From assembly GCA_044892505.1 (NCBI GenBank), contig CM097882.1:361522001-361585646 (forward strand): 63,646 bases of DNA, in the 5' to 3' direction. Shown here piece after piece: positions 10,835 to 24,575 of the stretch. This stretch comes from Schmidtea nova (Eukaryota). The stretch's first letter is position 1, and each line of letters starts with the position of its first letter. The notes under the pieces were generated by a model. The model was not told the origin of the DNA. It saw only the letters and a program-made list of their open reading frames with translations, and made no database searches. A program made the translations under genes and the position numbers.

Positions 10835-11010
10835 TTGTTTTGTAAAATTTCATAAATATCGTCTTCTGTAAATCGCAATAAATCATGAAAATTATTAATT
10901 CGCCTTAAAAACATGCCGTGATTTTTCCACGTAATTCCAGGTATTTTCAATAAAGTATCTATCACGTCTTCGTTCATTCTATTTTCTTCGGAATATAATG
11001 ACCCATTAGA
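10835..11010 (-). CDS. ERCC4: XPF/ERCC4 exon 8 (HhH domain)
   Basis: DTLLKIPGITWKN resembles human DFLLKMPGVNAKN; 41-nt intron 11011-11051. Confidence 0.85.
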
Positions 11011-11051
11011 CTTTGATTAAAAAGTAAAATATAAAATTATTAAAAAATTAC

Positions 11052-11269
11052 AGTTGGTAATTTGTCTTTCGATGGTTCTGGACGACCAAGCTTTAAATCT
11101 TTAAATAACTCCACAGTAGCATAGGGACTATGAGACCATAAAATACGAAGTTTCGGAAAGTGAATTGTTAACAAAGTAAGTTTTGATATAATATCATTTA
11201 TAGTGACTTGTTTAGAAATTTCATTATTTCCAATAAACAAGGAAAAAGTATTTTTATGATTCGAAGACA
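11052..11269 (-). CDS. ERCC4: XPF/ERCC4 exon 7
   Basis: [35 protein letters not shown]; 40-nt intron 11270-11309. Confidence 0.9.
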
Positions 11270-11309
11270 CTAAATAAAATAATTAATAGACACATATTAT
11301 TAGTCATAC

Positions 11310-11493
11310 TTGACGTGGAAGAACTGAATTCAATCAATAGAATAGATAATGGATAATACCTAGTCATTGACGCGCATTGACTATACAGCCTACCATTATG
11401 TAATGATCCTATAAAATCATTGATAGATTTTCGTTCTACGCATATATGTGGTGCTAAGATGTAATCACCAACATTTATGGTAAGAGGTTCAAT
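11310..11493 (-). CDS. ERCC4: XPF/ERCC4 exon 6 (nuclease catalytic core)
   Basis: [40 protein letters not shown] contains the GDY..ERK nuclease motif. Not in the supplied ORF track. Confidence 0.92.
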
Positions 11494-12039
11494 CTAAAAA
11501 GGCAATCACTTAACCGATTCTTTTAAGTTCATTGAAAGATATTTTGTAATGAATATTGGTGTTTCAAAAATTTTAAATAATCGTGGAAAATTACAAAGCA
11601 TCATATCATTTCTACCTATATACTAATAAATAAGCTCATCCGTCACATTAAAAACAAGTATATTTATAAATGTATAGTATATATTTATTCTGTGATTTAC
11701 ATTTTAAATATTTACAAAACGGGACTGTTTTTATATGAGTCATTTGGGTCACTTATTAAATTTCAAATAATTAAGAAAATTTAATAAAAATACTTTTTAT
11801 TAGTTACAATTTTAATAATTTATGTTTTTAATATATTAAAATAATAAGGCAAAATATCAATTAACGCGTATCGTTAATAAAGAACCGGAAACATGCTTTT
11901 AAAATTTTAATTATAAATACATATTTTTATACTTTTATAATATAATTATATACATATATTAAATTTTTTATAAATAGGTAATAAGTTCCTAGGCTCACAT
12001 AGAAATAATAGTTAGTGAAAGTAAATTAATTATTATCGA

Positions 12040-14340
12040 TATAAAGGAAGATGAAAGTTTCTAAAAATTTTAAAGTTATTTACAAAATAGTTAAAATGGG
12101 AAATAGAAAATTCACAGAGGATTTTAAATTAAAAATTTAAGGAGAAAAAGTTTGAAAAGGATTGGAATGATTGAAATGGGAGAGGCTGTAGAAATTGTGT
12201 ATAGCAAGCTACAATTACTAGTGTAACAGTAATGATGAAAGAAGGAAATTTCGAATGTTTATTAGAAACCGGGACATGAATCAACGTAATGAGTGTGAAC
12301 TGTTTCAATAGGCAAGGAAGGCAACAATTGACGAGGAGCGACGATAAGTTAAAATGCGCAAACAAGATTAAGATGGATGCAATATAAAGAACAATTGTGC
12401 AAAATTTTTCTAAGTTATAGTCATTGCGACTGGAAAAGTGACACCAAGTTCGATTGGAGCTGCGGATATACAAAAAGTATTCGGGTATAGGCTGTCGAAA
12501 AGGAAAGATATCGAAGCCAAGAACTATATTTGTAACAATGAAGCAAAATTCAGCAAACAAATAAAGGATGGAGAACGGTTGACGAGCGTCTTGGAACATC
12601 TAAAGATTAATGAAGATAGCAAATTAAGGGAAATAATAACGAACATTGGAAACGTGTTCATGTCGGATAAATGCGATAGTTAAAAGAGGTGAACCGATTA
12701 ACATAAAACCATATCGTCAACCATTAAATTTGGAAACAAAGATTGAAGAATACAAAATTTTTATTAAAATGGAATTGCAATTCCCTGTGGAACACGCCAT
12801 TAATATACATATGGAAAAATGATATGAGGCTATGCTTGGCTTTCAGACGGCTGAAGGCGGTAACGGAGTGGCGGGCATTCCAAATGCCAAATAAAGACGA
12901 GATGTTGAATTTGTTAAGAGGAGCGATGTTTTTCATATCAATAGACCTAGGTAATACATATTACCAAGTTGAATTAGACGAAGAATCACAGGAGAAAATA
13001 GCCAACGAAGAACTCAACCAATAACGGGCAATACTGTTTCCAAAGAATGTCGTTCTGAATTGCAGCAGCACCAGTTAAGTTTAAGGAAATGATGACAAAT
13101 GTTATTGGCAACATAAATGGGGCAATGGTGTCGAGAACTACATGTGAAACGTGTGTTTAGTTTCAGGAGACTCATGAAGATCGTAAGAAAAGGAAGATAA
13201 AGACTAGATTATTAGGCTCGATTAGAGAAGATCAACAAGGAAACTTGGAAGAAGGACGAAAGAAGAAAACGATGATACCTAATAATGAGATACAAGAAAT
13301 AATTCGAGAAAACACGGACTATTGTGTCATGATGGAGTTGCGAAGATAGCCAATTATATGAAAGATAGATATTTTGAAAAACGTCTGGGGAATCAGAATC
13401 AGGAAGTTGTTCAAAGTTGCGAGATTTGTCAAAATAGGCTATAACAATAACGAAGGAACCAGTAAATAAACTAGAATTGACCGGAATGCTCTAAATTATA
13501 TTCGTGGATGTATGTGGAGCAATACAAGAAACCAAAGGACTTAAGAAGTACATATTGGGCATAATAGACTAATATAATAAGCATCAGATCTTGACAGCCA
13601 TAAAAAGACAAGACGAAGAAACAATAAAAACAATTCTCAAAAAATTGATTTTGAAATTTGGTTGAAAGTTGATTGTGGGAAGGCATTCGAATCAGAAATG
13701 ATGAAAGAATTCACAAATAAGCTAGACATCTGGTTATGTTTTTCGAGTCCATACAATCACCAAAGAAATGAACCGATGGAAAGACAGTTTGAGAATTGAT
13801 AAATGCTACTTTACAGGACAGAAGGAAGACGGGTTGGTCAAAGATACTCCCAAAGTCGAATTCACATTAAATGCAACCAAACAAAAAACTACACGAAAAT
13901 GCCCAACAGAGATAGATTTTGGAAAAAAGATTAACAGGTAAAGATAGTACATGTCCTAAGAAAAACATATAAAAGTAGAACCGGGAGAACGAACAAAAAG
14001 AAAATTCAATGTCGGAGAAGACGTGTTAGTAAAAGTAGAAAACGCAACAAAATCTAAAACAGATAAGAGGGACCATGCAAAGTGATCGAGAAAGTGCATG
14101 ACAGGCGATATATCTGAAGAAACGAGAATTATAAAAAGATCGAAAGAAACATGGAAAAACTTTAAGAATTTCTTAAGAAAGGGGATATGAGGAAAGCTGG
14201 AAGTTTCTAAATAGTTCAAATGAGAAATTGAAAATTCACGAAGGATTTTAAATTAAACATTTTAAATGGAAAATTTAAAATAAAAGAATATGGTAAATTT
14301 GTATAAACATAACAAATGAAAATCAGTTTAGTTTTTCATT
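12040..14340 (+). mobile_element. Internally deleted, decayed Ty3/Gypsy LTR retrotransposon
   Basis: RT remnants (PYRQP; DLGNTYYQVELDEESQEK) and integrase remnants. Direct repeats gaaaattcac..aggattttaaattaaa at about 12105 and 14230. PPT-like aagaaagggga precedes the 3' copy. Ends are approximate. Confidence 0.8.
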
Positions 14341-15035
14341 ATTATTTTTATTGAATAAATTTTATGGATTTGTTTATTGATTCTCAATTCAATTGTCAAG
14401 TTTCGAAGGATGATAATCCTAACAATTAACAAGACAGACATGCTTGATTTATTTTTCAGCACAACCTCCACCAACACTGACGAACTTTCTCCAACGGTAC
14501 ACCATTGACATTTCGAAGAATACTTGTCCCTTTTCCTCAAGAATTTTTCACATTTTCCTTCAACTCAAGCTTTGAAATAAAGATTTACCCCTCAAATCTT
14601 TCTTTAGGTAACCGAACAACCAAAAATCACTTGGTGCAAGATCTGAACTGTATGGTCCAACTAGACAAACCCACATTTTACTACTGCTTCCTGTATTCGA
14701 TAAGATGTGTGGGTTGAACCGTTGTCATGGAGCAAATAGAAGCTAATGATCAATATGTTAATAAAAGTAGTAACCAACGATCAAATAATCAAAGAGGAAA
14801 AATTAACAGTCGAAAGCGAAATAATCGAAGAAATGAAAAAAGATAATAGTAGATCAAACTGTCACGGAAACAATTCACAAATTCACAATACAGATGAACA
14901 AGAAAGAGGATAAGAAAAAAATAAGAAAAAAGACTAACAAAGACACAACGGCGACAACCAGTATGAAATAGAAAATAGTACAAACGTTGAAAGAGACAAA
15001 TACACTTAGAAAGCAATTGTTTCAGAAATAAACTA

Positions 15036-15077
15036 TGTATTAAATGCAAAATAAAAGAACATACAAATAAAGTTTGT
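15036..15077 (+). mobile_element. Isolated CCHC zinc knuckle of a decayed gag
   Basis: CIKCKIKEHTNKVC fits C-x2-C-x4-H-x4-C and is followed by a decayed second knuckle (GKDGNLTRDC). Confidence 0.45.
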
Positions 15078-15379
15078 GGAATTCAAGATTTCGGAAAAGA
15101 TGGAAATTTGACAAGAGACTGTTGGACGTATAAGAAACAACAAGAAAATTAAAGTTAAAACGCAAGACTAGAAACGAGAATATGGCAACGAAAACCAACG
15201 AACAGAATCAATACAAACTCTTTGACTTATTACCTTTACTTTCTGACACAATTCATTCCAAACAATCGAAGTCATAAAGTCACCTAAGCATGATATCGGC
15301 TTATTTCCAAACGCCCTTCTAAGCGCAATATCCAACTGTTTTTAAACTGGACTGCCACACTTTCTCCATATGGCCTCTG

Positions 15380-16795
15380 ACATTCCCGTAACCGATGCAC
15401 CTGTATCCCACAACATCTTAATCACTATTCCACAGCATTGAACAAAACTCCACCACCTTCCATCCGTCTTCTTGAACATCATAACATTTCGGTTTTCTGT
15501 GTTCTTCACATTTTATTCAACGACTCCACAGACGAAATGTTTGCCATGGAGCGTATCTCGTTTAAAGGACGTTCTTTGTTATTTCTTCTATGACCTCCTG
15601 TAATCGATCCTATTTCATTTACTTCAGATTCCGACAGGCCATCATTCTCAAGGTCTTCATACGAATACATCAGATTTCCTAAATCATTCTCTTCTTAAAT
15701 ACAGTGAATTTTTCTTGTATTATTACTTCTTAATAGAGAGCAATTATTAAAAAAATGGTCACTTTTACCACATATTAAACAACATTTGCTTAAAGGACAA
15801 TTGTTCCGAATATGACATGATTCACCACAACAGTAACATTGACGGAGTTGTAAGGATCGCAATTCTGGTTCCGGAAACCCTTTCGCTTTGTTGTAAACTC
15901 ATCTTGCAATATGTTTCAAAGAAACCATAGGCCTACTGGGTCTCTCATTAACCAATGAACTTTCTGAACTTCGTCTTCTTTCAGTATAATGTTGCCTATT
16001 GCCACTTTTGTCGTAATTTCATTTTTTACTGACATACTGGTTAGTCTCTGGGACTGATGGTCTCATCGCTGGTTGAACATTCTGCCTTACTGGAATTTTA
16101 TTTCTTGTTACCGATGCATACGACGATTGTTTCCTATTATCTGCAAGTGCAAATATCTCTCTGATGTCTTCTGTATGTAAATTATTTTCAAAGTTTACAT
16201 TCATTTTCTCTATTTCTGTGAAAGATACTTTTGGGTTCATTGCAATTGCATCCTTAACTTTTTCTGAATACATAAGTATTGTTACAATATCCTTGACAAT
16301 CCTGTCTTCAGCTTGATTTGAGGAAAGAACTTCGCGTACTAATTTCCTCACTCTGATTATAAAATTTTCGAACCTTTCGCCCGATCTCTGCCTTATCAGA
16401 CTCATGTCTTCGATATTTTGTAAAAAACTTTTGGATTTTACATATTTTAAAATAAACCAACCTTTTACCTCTTGATCTGAAGCCGGAGTCTTAAGTGTCT
16501 CCTTAAAAGTCATCCATAGCTCTTTTGCATCTCCATGTAATAAAAAATTGAACGCTGCTCCTAAATTGAGCGAATTTATCGTCACAAATTCTTCAATAGA
16601 TTCAAGCCAGTCCTTTGCATTTTCTTCTTTTCCTCCAAAAAACTTCTTTATCACTGGGTAAATCGAATCTTGAATATTCTTTGGCAAAGATTCGACAATT
16701 TTCTGCCCTTGTTGTGATCTCGTAAGAGCTGCGATTTCGGCGTGGTTACCAGTAACATTTCCATTATTAATCATAATATAACACGTTATTTCCAA
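15380..16795 (-). mobile_element. Ty3/Gypsy gag-protease relic
   Basis: 258-aa capsid-like ORF 16019-16795. After a frameshift come two knuckles, CYCCGESCHIRNNC and CLICGKSDHFFNNC, and a protease motif VVDTGASV at about 15390-15415. Confidence 0.8.
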
Positions 16796-18049
16796 AAATA
16801 TATTATATATAAAAACTGCAATATTTAAACAAATATTAATCTAAATATCGTCACTTGGTCAAAGTGAAAATAACCAAATTAGTTTGCATCAAGATGATCC
16901 AAAAATGGAACAAGACAAAAAATGTACCAATATACTTCGAGTCTAAACAAAAAAAACATTTAGCTTCCTAGTGTACTAAAACAAGGAACCACGAGATTAT
17001 AAACAGAAACAAGGAAAAATAATTAAACCAAAGAAACCAAAATTATTGAAATAAATGGGTAACCTTAAGAAAAAAAAGACAAGAACCTGATTGAAGAAAA
17101 TAGGATTAAAGATAAAGAATTGGTTAGTATACTGCGAGTAACTCGAATCAAACAGCTCAAGGTTAATGATAAATCTACGATAAATAAATTAAGAGGTGAA
17201 CTACAAACAGCAGCGCTATTGACATGTTAATCGAAATGGGAAAAACCAGAAAGATAAAGAATCAGCACCAGAAAACAATGTTGAAAAAGAAGAAACTCTC
17301 ACCAAAAACGAGGAGGTGATGGAGTGAAAAGTAAGAAAAAATAAAGCGGAAAAATTGTAAATAATGAAATAAATTCGATGTATTCGTAGCAATATTCATA
17401 GTAGAAACAGATAAAACCCATGAACCAATAATGAGGCGAGTATATGTAATGTATACGTAGTTCAAAAAAATGGATTAATAAATCATCAAAATAATCGATC
17501 GAAAAATTCTTAATAATCGAATATTGAGCCAAAATTCTCAAAAGAAGATCAGTCTAATCAGATTAGAAGACAGATCAACCAAAAAAATCAAAGATTCAAT
17601 AATAGAATCACAAACACAACCATATCATGTTCAATCAACGCGACAAGAATACCCATATAACAGTACGGAAGTCCTCCAAATTCAGAAAGAATACTATAGA
17701 ATCAGAACAAAACTCTGATAAGTAGACATATTCACTCTACCAAAATGGAACCAGAAGAAATAATGTAAACTCTAAATCCTATTGATAAAATAGTTATTAT
17801 TTTATGAATCCAAGTATCCCACGAGGACAATGTAGCTAAAATCTGTACCCAGATAATAATCAACAGTCAACCTATACATTCGAAAATAGAATCAAAAGAC
17901 AAAGAGACAGAAAAACAAAATCCTAACAAGATGAACTGATCGAAACGTTAAAAAACAATATGTATTTGAAATTTATTTGAATTATATATGTAATTGATCG
18001 ATTACCATAAGTAACTGCTTGTTTTTATCTTGAACTTAATTTATCATTC

Positions 18050-18051
<2 letters not shown>

Positions 18052-18106
<55 letters not shown>
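18052..18106. repeat. (TA)n microsatellite
   Basis: Directly visible. Confidence 0.95.
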
Positions 18107-18110
<4 letters not shown>

Positions 18111-18279
18111 TTTATTATATGTGTATAGGATATTGTTTTTGTAATAGACTATGACGTTATTGGTCATATATCTAAGTAGATTGCGAGACGCAATTTTAAC
18201 GGGTCTTAGAATAATGTTGGACTGACAGTAACGGAATTTTTTGATTGTTTAAACGCGTAGAAAAATACATATGCATCAC

Positions 18280-20099
18280 CAGAAGTTAATACAAATAATA
18301 CAAAGTAAAGACATAACTAAGAAGATCATTAACCTTCATTAAGTAAAATAATAAACGCAAGAGATTACAAGAACCAATATAGTACACATAAAAATAACAT
18401 TTTATAAGCCTATAAAGGTAGGGTAAATGTTGACAAACATACATCTCAAAAGAGAGCACATTATTTGATTGTAGGTCAAATTTACATACGAAACACCGCA
18501 AGCAAATTGAATGGAGAAAGCTAGTATTAAATACGAAAAAGTATTATCAAAGTATAAAAATAATACTAAAATAAAGAGAATAATTTAGTATAAAATAAAT
18601 AGTAAAAATCCTCATTAAAATCAGAAATATGATAAAATAAATTAAATTAGATTTCGTTGTTTTAATCAATCATTTAATACTCGCTAACGCTCAGGGTGGC
18701 ACGACAATGGACACATACATCGTGTTAGTAAGTAAATGAGAATAAATTAAATATTAACTGTAATTGGTTAATTATAAAATGAATCATTTAAAGTGTAGGT
18801 GTGGATCGAAAATCTAATATTTTCTGAATTTCTCTACGCATAATTCACATTGCGAGTATGAGAAATTCAGCACACCAAACATGAAACCCGACAGCCGAAT
18901 ACGTGGATGTAAACAAAAATTTAGTATAAATTCGACACTGAAATCATTAATTCAATTTCGTTCTTACCAGCCAAGAACACCTATTAAGCATAACTCTACG
19001 CAAATTTTGTGACTGATGCAAAATCAGTGAGTAATTTTTATGTATTTGTAACAGTAATTGTAAGTTCATTTATTTTGGAATAAATATTTTAAGCTGTTTT
19101 TTTTGCTTATCCTTTAATTGTCTATTTTGTGACTCAGATGATTCCTCATTTATGCAAACTGAACTTAGGTTTGAATTAGAGAAGAAACTTCAGTAGCTTG
19201 AAATAGCCATTGAAGTTTCTTTCCTATTTGATGATCTGAGTGTGGCAAGATGGTGGCATAGTTGTCAATTAAAATCAGTTAGGAAAGAAATCTGCAGTGA
19301 TTCGAAAAGAGTCAAGGTAAATTCCTTTCTTTGTAGAGATCATGGCAATGGGTCCTGCTCGCATCCATCGTTAACAGGATCGTACAATATTTTATATTAT
19401 ATACATCAACTTCTTGCGTATTTGGATAAAGGAAACTTTGATAATATTTTTATCCTCGTTGAAAGCCCGAATCCTAAATAGTGTAGTGATTTTAAATTAT
19501 GGGATCCGGAAATGATGTGGGATAAAATAAATCCAGGAAAATTTTGCCAGGAAAAAGATCCCTGAAAATATTTTTTAAAGGTCAACAGAAAGAAAACTTT
19601 TGGGATTTGAACAAAAAATTAAGGACATATCCCTTGTCGTGGGGTTTTTGTTCGGCGGGCATGTCGGAGTGTGTGTGGATTTGTGAGATAAAGCTTGCTG
19701 TCAAATAAAAGATTAGATTATCATTTCAATTAACAGATAACAATTTCAAGTGACAATTTTTATTTTGAATTAAAAATTTTACGCTAGATATTATTATGTG
19801 ATTTTCTAGAAATGTATGCATCGATAATTAGACGAACCTTGAGAGAGTGATTGTGTGCGTAAGACCTTCTATCAACAGCTATCCTATACCCTCTATCCGA
19901 AACGAGAATACAGTGAGATTTAGCTTTGGTAACGAAGCTCGACTGTCTATTGGTTTTCATACCACTGTATACATTACCAACAAAATTAAGAAAGAGTAAT
20001 TATGGGTACACAAGTGAGGTCATCGCCAGGAATCACGAAGGTGCCAAGGTTATTGTAACCGTAGAGACAATGCAATTAAAAACCACATATACGCTCACA
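18280..20099 (+). mobile_element. LTR-A copy 2 (diverged, with internal insertions)
   Basis: catctcaaaagagagcac..atttgattgtaggtcaaatttacatacgaaa block at about 18443-18495; tgcgtaagaccttctatc block at about 19856; end similar to the other copies. Confidence 0.55.
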
Positions 20100-20129
20100 C
20101 AATCATCATCACGCATTTGTGATGTAAAG

Positions 20130-20620
20130 TGAAGTCCCTGAACGAAGCACGGTCGTCAGCTTCTCTTTAGGTAATACCCCTTCTTTACAATTTCATCAAA
20201 ATTGGAATATGTAGAGTATCATGAGTGTCTCATTTTTTGTCACAATATTTTCCAGAAAGCCTGGTCCAATGAGATCCAATATGAAAAAGTTATTTTCACA
20301 AGGAAATTTTTGTCTATCCATCATCGCTGTCGTTACACACAGTGGAAAAAACCTGTTACACAATTGATCCAACAAAAGTAGTATTGCAAACATCTAGTTT
20401 TACAGACAACTCCATTTATGTGATTTTCACATTCTTTGACACAATTTCTTTCAATTTTGCAATGTTTTCTTCATCAATTTCTAAAGGACTTCCACTTTTT
20501 TGACTGTCGAAAACACTTGTTCTACCAGATTAAAACTACCAAATTCAGTTATATTTTGATACTCTTAAAGGAGCCTCTACTCCATGTTCCTTTTCAATCT
20601 GTTGAATAATTTCCTTTTTA
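20130..20620 (-). mobile_element. Mariner transposase remnant
   Basis: SVFDSQKSGSPLEIDEENIAKLKEIV (HTH linker) and FLENIVTKNET (degenerate IVTGDETW). Confidence 0.7.
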
Positions 20621-21369
20621 CCTTTAAAAACAGTATTACGCTTCTAAATTCTAATGAATCAAAAAAAATTTTTATTCGTCGAATAACTGAAATTAAATAT
20701 TATATTGTATAATATTATTTCTTAAATTTACACAAACAAAAGTCAATACATATGAAAACAACAAGAAAAGCGAAATAAAGAATAATTTTTTATTTTATTT
20801 GAAAAGTATAAAATTTATACTTTTCAAATAAAATTTGTGAACTAAATTGTTTTAAACGAGTACTCTGTATTCTAGGAACTTCAAGATTTAATAGACAATA
20901 GTTTTTCTGTATTACTTTTTTAAAAAAATATATAATTGTTTTAAAATCCATAATTAAAATTTTAAAAATGTGAAATTTTTGATTTGACTGCGACACGTCC
21001 GAGTACAATTGCGGCACACCGGTTGCGGAGCACTGGTTTTATATGACCAGTGCGATGTTGTATTTCATGTGTTTCATACCAAAATGCCACATACCATCCC
21101 ACAAATATTATTTATTGATTATTATAATTAATAATTAAATTATTTTTATTGATTCATTTTAATTAATTCATTTTAAATATTTCCCAATTATCTTATTTTA
21201 AGTCGGAACACCGTAATAATAATTTGTGAAAACGTTTATAAAAAGCAATTTTCACTAAAAATAATTTTTATTTGGATTGCTACAGAATTGATTGAATAGG
21301 AATGTGGTAAAGAGGAAAAAAGTTTATGGATCTTTGGTTTATATTAATATCATTTAAACAAGTTAATAC

Positions 21370-21567
21370 CTTAAACCCCTTTTTATGCAATAAAGCTGGT
21401 AATTCACTGCGAAATTCTCGCATGTCAACTATAACATTTGCTACAATATTATCAGAACCTCCAATACGACTGGATGTACCATATACAGATTTTTGTACAT
21501 CATAACACATTTCTGGTAAAATTAAACTAGCTTTGGATTTGATTAAATACTCAAAGGCTTCTTTTTC
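21370..21567 (-). CDS. ERCC4: XPF/ERCC4 exon 5
   Basis: EKEAFEYLIKSKASL...VIVDMREFRSELPALLHKKG; GT donor at 21369 opens a 9876-bp intron. Confidence 0.92.
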
Positions 21568-21609
21568 CTAAAAAAATTAACACAACATATAAGTAGCGTA
21601 AATCAATAC

Positions 21610-21948
21610 TTTTCTTAATGCCGTTAAATATTTTTGCTCTTCAATTGAATTTGAATACATCATGAAGTAAATGCTGATAATATCTGGTTTATCGGAGCAC
21701 ATCAACTCTGCTTGATAATTCTCAATTTCTCTAACTTCACTCAGACGAGGATCAAATAAAATGATGCGACGTGGATCGTATTTGCGAATTAAATGATGAA
21801 GTTTAAATTTCGGAGATGAAATGTAATTTTCACCACTCCCTTCAGATATATAATGAATAATGATGTTTGACTCTTCAACAATGCAACAATTATTTTCTAT
21901 TACTATTCCTTGAAATTCTTCCGTTTCTTCTGGAAGTACAGAAGAAGT
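21610..21948 (-). CDS. ERCC4: XPF/ERCC4 exon 4
   Basis: KYDPRRIILFDPRLSEVREIENY...IYFMMYSNSIEEQKYLTALRK; 42-nt intron 21568-21609. Not in the ORF track. Confidence 0.9.
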
Positions 21949-22469
21949 CTAAATTAAAAATATTGGACATAATAAATTCTTTCCCTGTAAATAATAATAA
22001 AAATCTTAACAGTTTTTAAATCTAAATTTAAACATCTTTACAATAATGCACATTGTACATTTCATAGCACTTAATGCAATTAAAGTATGTGAAAAGTAAT
22101 TAAAATCTTGATAAGTGCATTAATGTTGTAAACTTATATTCAAAGGTAATATAAAATAAATCCTTAATAAGTCAACTTCCTTTTCTTGAAAATGTATTTA
22201 AATTAACATTTAAAAGATATTTTATGAACGAATAACTATTTAAAAACTCAAAATAATAGAATAACCACTATATTGTTACCATGTTAAAATAAAATAGTGT
22301 TATTTGCTGAAAATTAGTCAAATTATTTAGAAACAGCCATCAAAATGTTATAATTTAATGACTATTTGATAAGTTTTACTGGTGTTCTCTAAAAATAAAT
22401 AATTTCGTAAATTTTCGAAAAAAATGGATCAAAAATTATAAAAAATATAATTTCTGATATATTTATTAG

Positions 22470-23160
22470 TAATTACGAATATGGTACGGTTAACTTGTTC
22501 CGTATTATTCAAAACCTTTTTACTCTAGACTTGAAATTTCTCGAAATTCGACATTGTAATTAAAGGTGAAATGTTATCTGATGATAGTCTCAATTTGTTA
22601 GCGTTTTATTTGAGACTTCATCAAGTTCAAGTATCATCTTATTCAAGGGATGCCTAAATAGAATATTTTATTAACAAGATATTTAATATTTTATATATCA
22701 AGAAATAAGTAATAGTTATTTGTTTTCAGTTCATGTTTGCTTCAGCATGAAAAAAATGCAGCATTTTTCTTGAATCATATAATTATATAGAAGTGAAAAA
22801 ATTATGGATTAATATTCTTTAACGAAATAAGGCTTCAAAAATCCACTAACTCCGTCAATTGTGTCATCGATCGGTTAAACGAGAACACGTTTTCCAGAGT
22901 TGATATGTGGACACGGTTTCACGGAATTAACATTTCTCAGTCGAACATAAAGATTTTTCCTCACACATCTATTTACTCTTATTTACTCATCGGAATGTTT
23001 TACCCAATAACACTCTGAATAGTTGAAACTTATTCATTTATTTTTTTGACAGAAATAACAAAATTGTTGTCATCAACGGGATCTCCGACGAATAATCTAT
23101 TCGGTTTGGCTTTGTTTCGTAATATTGCAATTTTGAGATCATTGTATTGTTTAAAGTTAT
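22470..23160 (-). pseudogene. Decayed VCP/p97 (CDC48) N-domain fragment inside XPF intron 3
   Basis: NDLKIAILRNKAKPNRLFV, MNKFQLFR, VNRCVRKNLYVRL, KPCPHINSGKRVLV*PIDDTIDGVSG parallel human VCP [61 protein letters not shown]. Multiple stops and frameshifts. Confidence 0.7.
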
Positions 23161-23489
23161 TAATCAGAATGAACTTTTTCAAATCGAAAACTTAAAATTT
23201 CCATCAAGAAACATTTATTTACTTAAAAAATCAACTCAATTCAAAAAATTCCTTCTACATAACACAAAAAATCCAAGAACACACACAATAGAGCAATCAA
23301 ATACACCGTATAACACAGGATAACGATTTCTAGGATACTGGTTGGTGTTTATGTCAGTGATTTATTTATTATAGAGTAAGTAATTTTAATAATAATTATT
23401 TGATTAGTATTTTAACATAATTTTGTAGATATTTTTTTTTTTACACATACAGTAAGTATTTAATACTGTATACATTAACAGTCTGCATT

Positions 23490-23655
23490 TTCTACTATGT
23501 ACTGCCTTTTTGTGGTTTACGATTTTTTCTACATTTTTGTCTATCACAAAATAAAAGGTGTCATTGATTCCGATAACACACAGGTGAGTGTTTACAATTT
23601 CTATATTATAACTTAGTTTTAAAGAAGGTGGTATTCATCGTTATACGGTGTATAA
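23490..23655 (-). repeat. Second copy of the 1410-1850 dispersed repeat
   Basis: Shares ccgataacacacaggtgagtgttt and catcgttatacggtgta. Confidence 0.7.
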
Positions 23656-23887
23656 AAATTTATTTTTTAATTTTTTGCTTCATGTGACTGAATCACTGGG
23701 TAAAGTAGATGTGGCTCTATTAAATTTTATACCAATTACTGTATATGCAGTGGTCGTCCTTGACAGTGATATTGAAATTCTAAATTTTTACCAACAATAT
23801 TTTATCATTTTTCTAAAATGTATTAAGTAATAGAATTGTATTTGTATTACCTATACACATGTCTAGTTTTGATAAGGTACTCTAAAA

Positions 23888-24575
23888 CAGTGGGCTTGAG
23901 TAAAAATACTGTGGGCCTGGAGAATGAATTGGGTCCGTGGTGGGCCCGAAAAATTTAATTTGAAATTTCTGAGAAAGTTAGATCTTTTATAAAAAAATTG
24001 GTTCTATGGAATTTACAATTGCAAAAGAATGAGTTCGCATTTTTTCCAAATTTTGGCAGAACTGCACTTCCTGCTGACTCAATTCATTGTTTCACCAACC
24101 ATTTGTCAAGTCTGAGAGAATACATGACAAGAAGTTTTACTGATGTAATTGAATTAAGACCACCCAAATAGATTATGAATTTGAATGATTTTGATGTATT
24201 CATTGAGACAGATCTGAACACTGTTATTGCTGCTGAAATTATTGATTTGAAGGATAACCATAAGCAAATTGAAAAAATAAATAAGGAAGGTTTAACTGCT
24301 TGGTTACGAGTGAAATCCGCGCAACCGTTGCTTTATAAAGAAGTGTTGCTTTTCTTGCTTGCATTGAGCTTCGAGGAGATCTACGCCTTAGACTAAACCA
24401 ATCACTTAGGATTGAACTTGACACTTTGGTTGGGCGCCATCAAGATCCAGGAAGTCATTGAACGTTAAATAAAGTTACATTTCTTAAAAATCGTGTCTTT
24501 TAATGTGAAAGTGGGCCTGGGATTTTAGCGAACAAAAAATTTGGGACTGAAAGTCAAAAAGGTTGATAAACACTG
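23888..24575 (+). mobile_element. Non-autonomous hAT (Buster-like) element
   Basis: cagtg...cactg ends. Perfect 8-bp TSD CTCTAAAA (23880-23887 and 24576-24583) with central TA. Contains a hAT dimerisation-domain remnant (IIDLKDN..WLRVKSAQPLLYKEVLLFLL). Confidence 0.85.

Noticed and set aside
17923-17949. Hammerhead-like CTAACAA-GAT..ATC-GAAACGTT at the end of an A-rich region (16840-17950) that may be a PLE relic
   Set aside because: Two core positions are mutated, there is no stem I, and I could not find convincing RT or GIY-YIG motifs.
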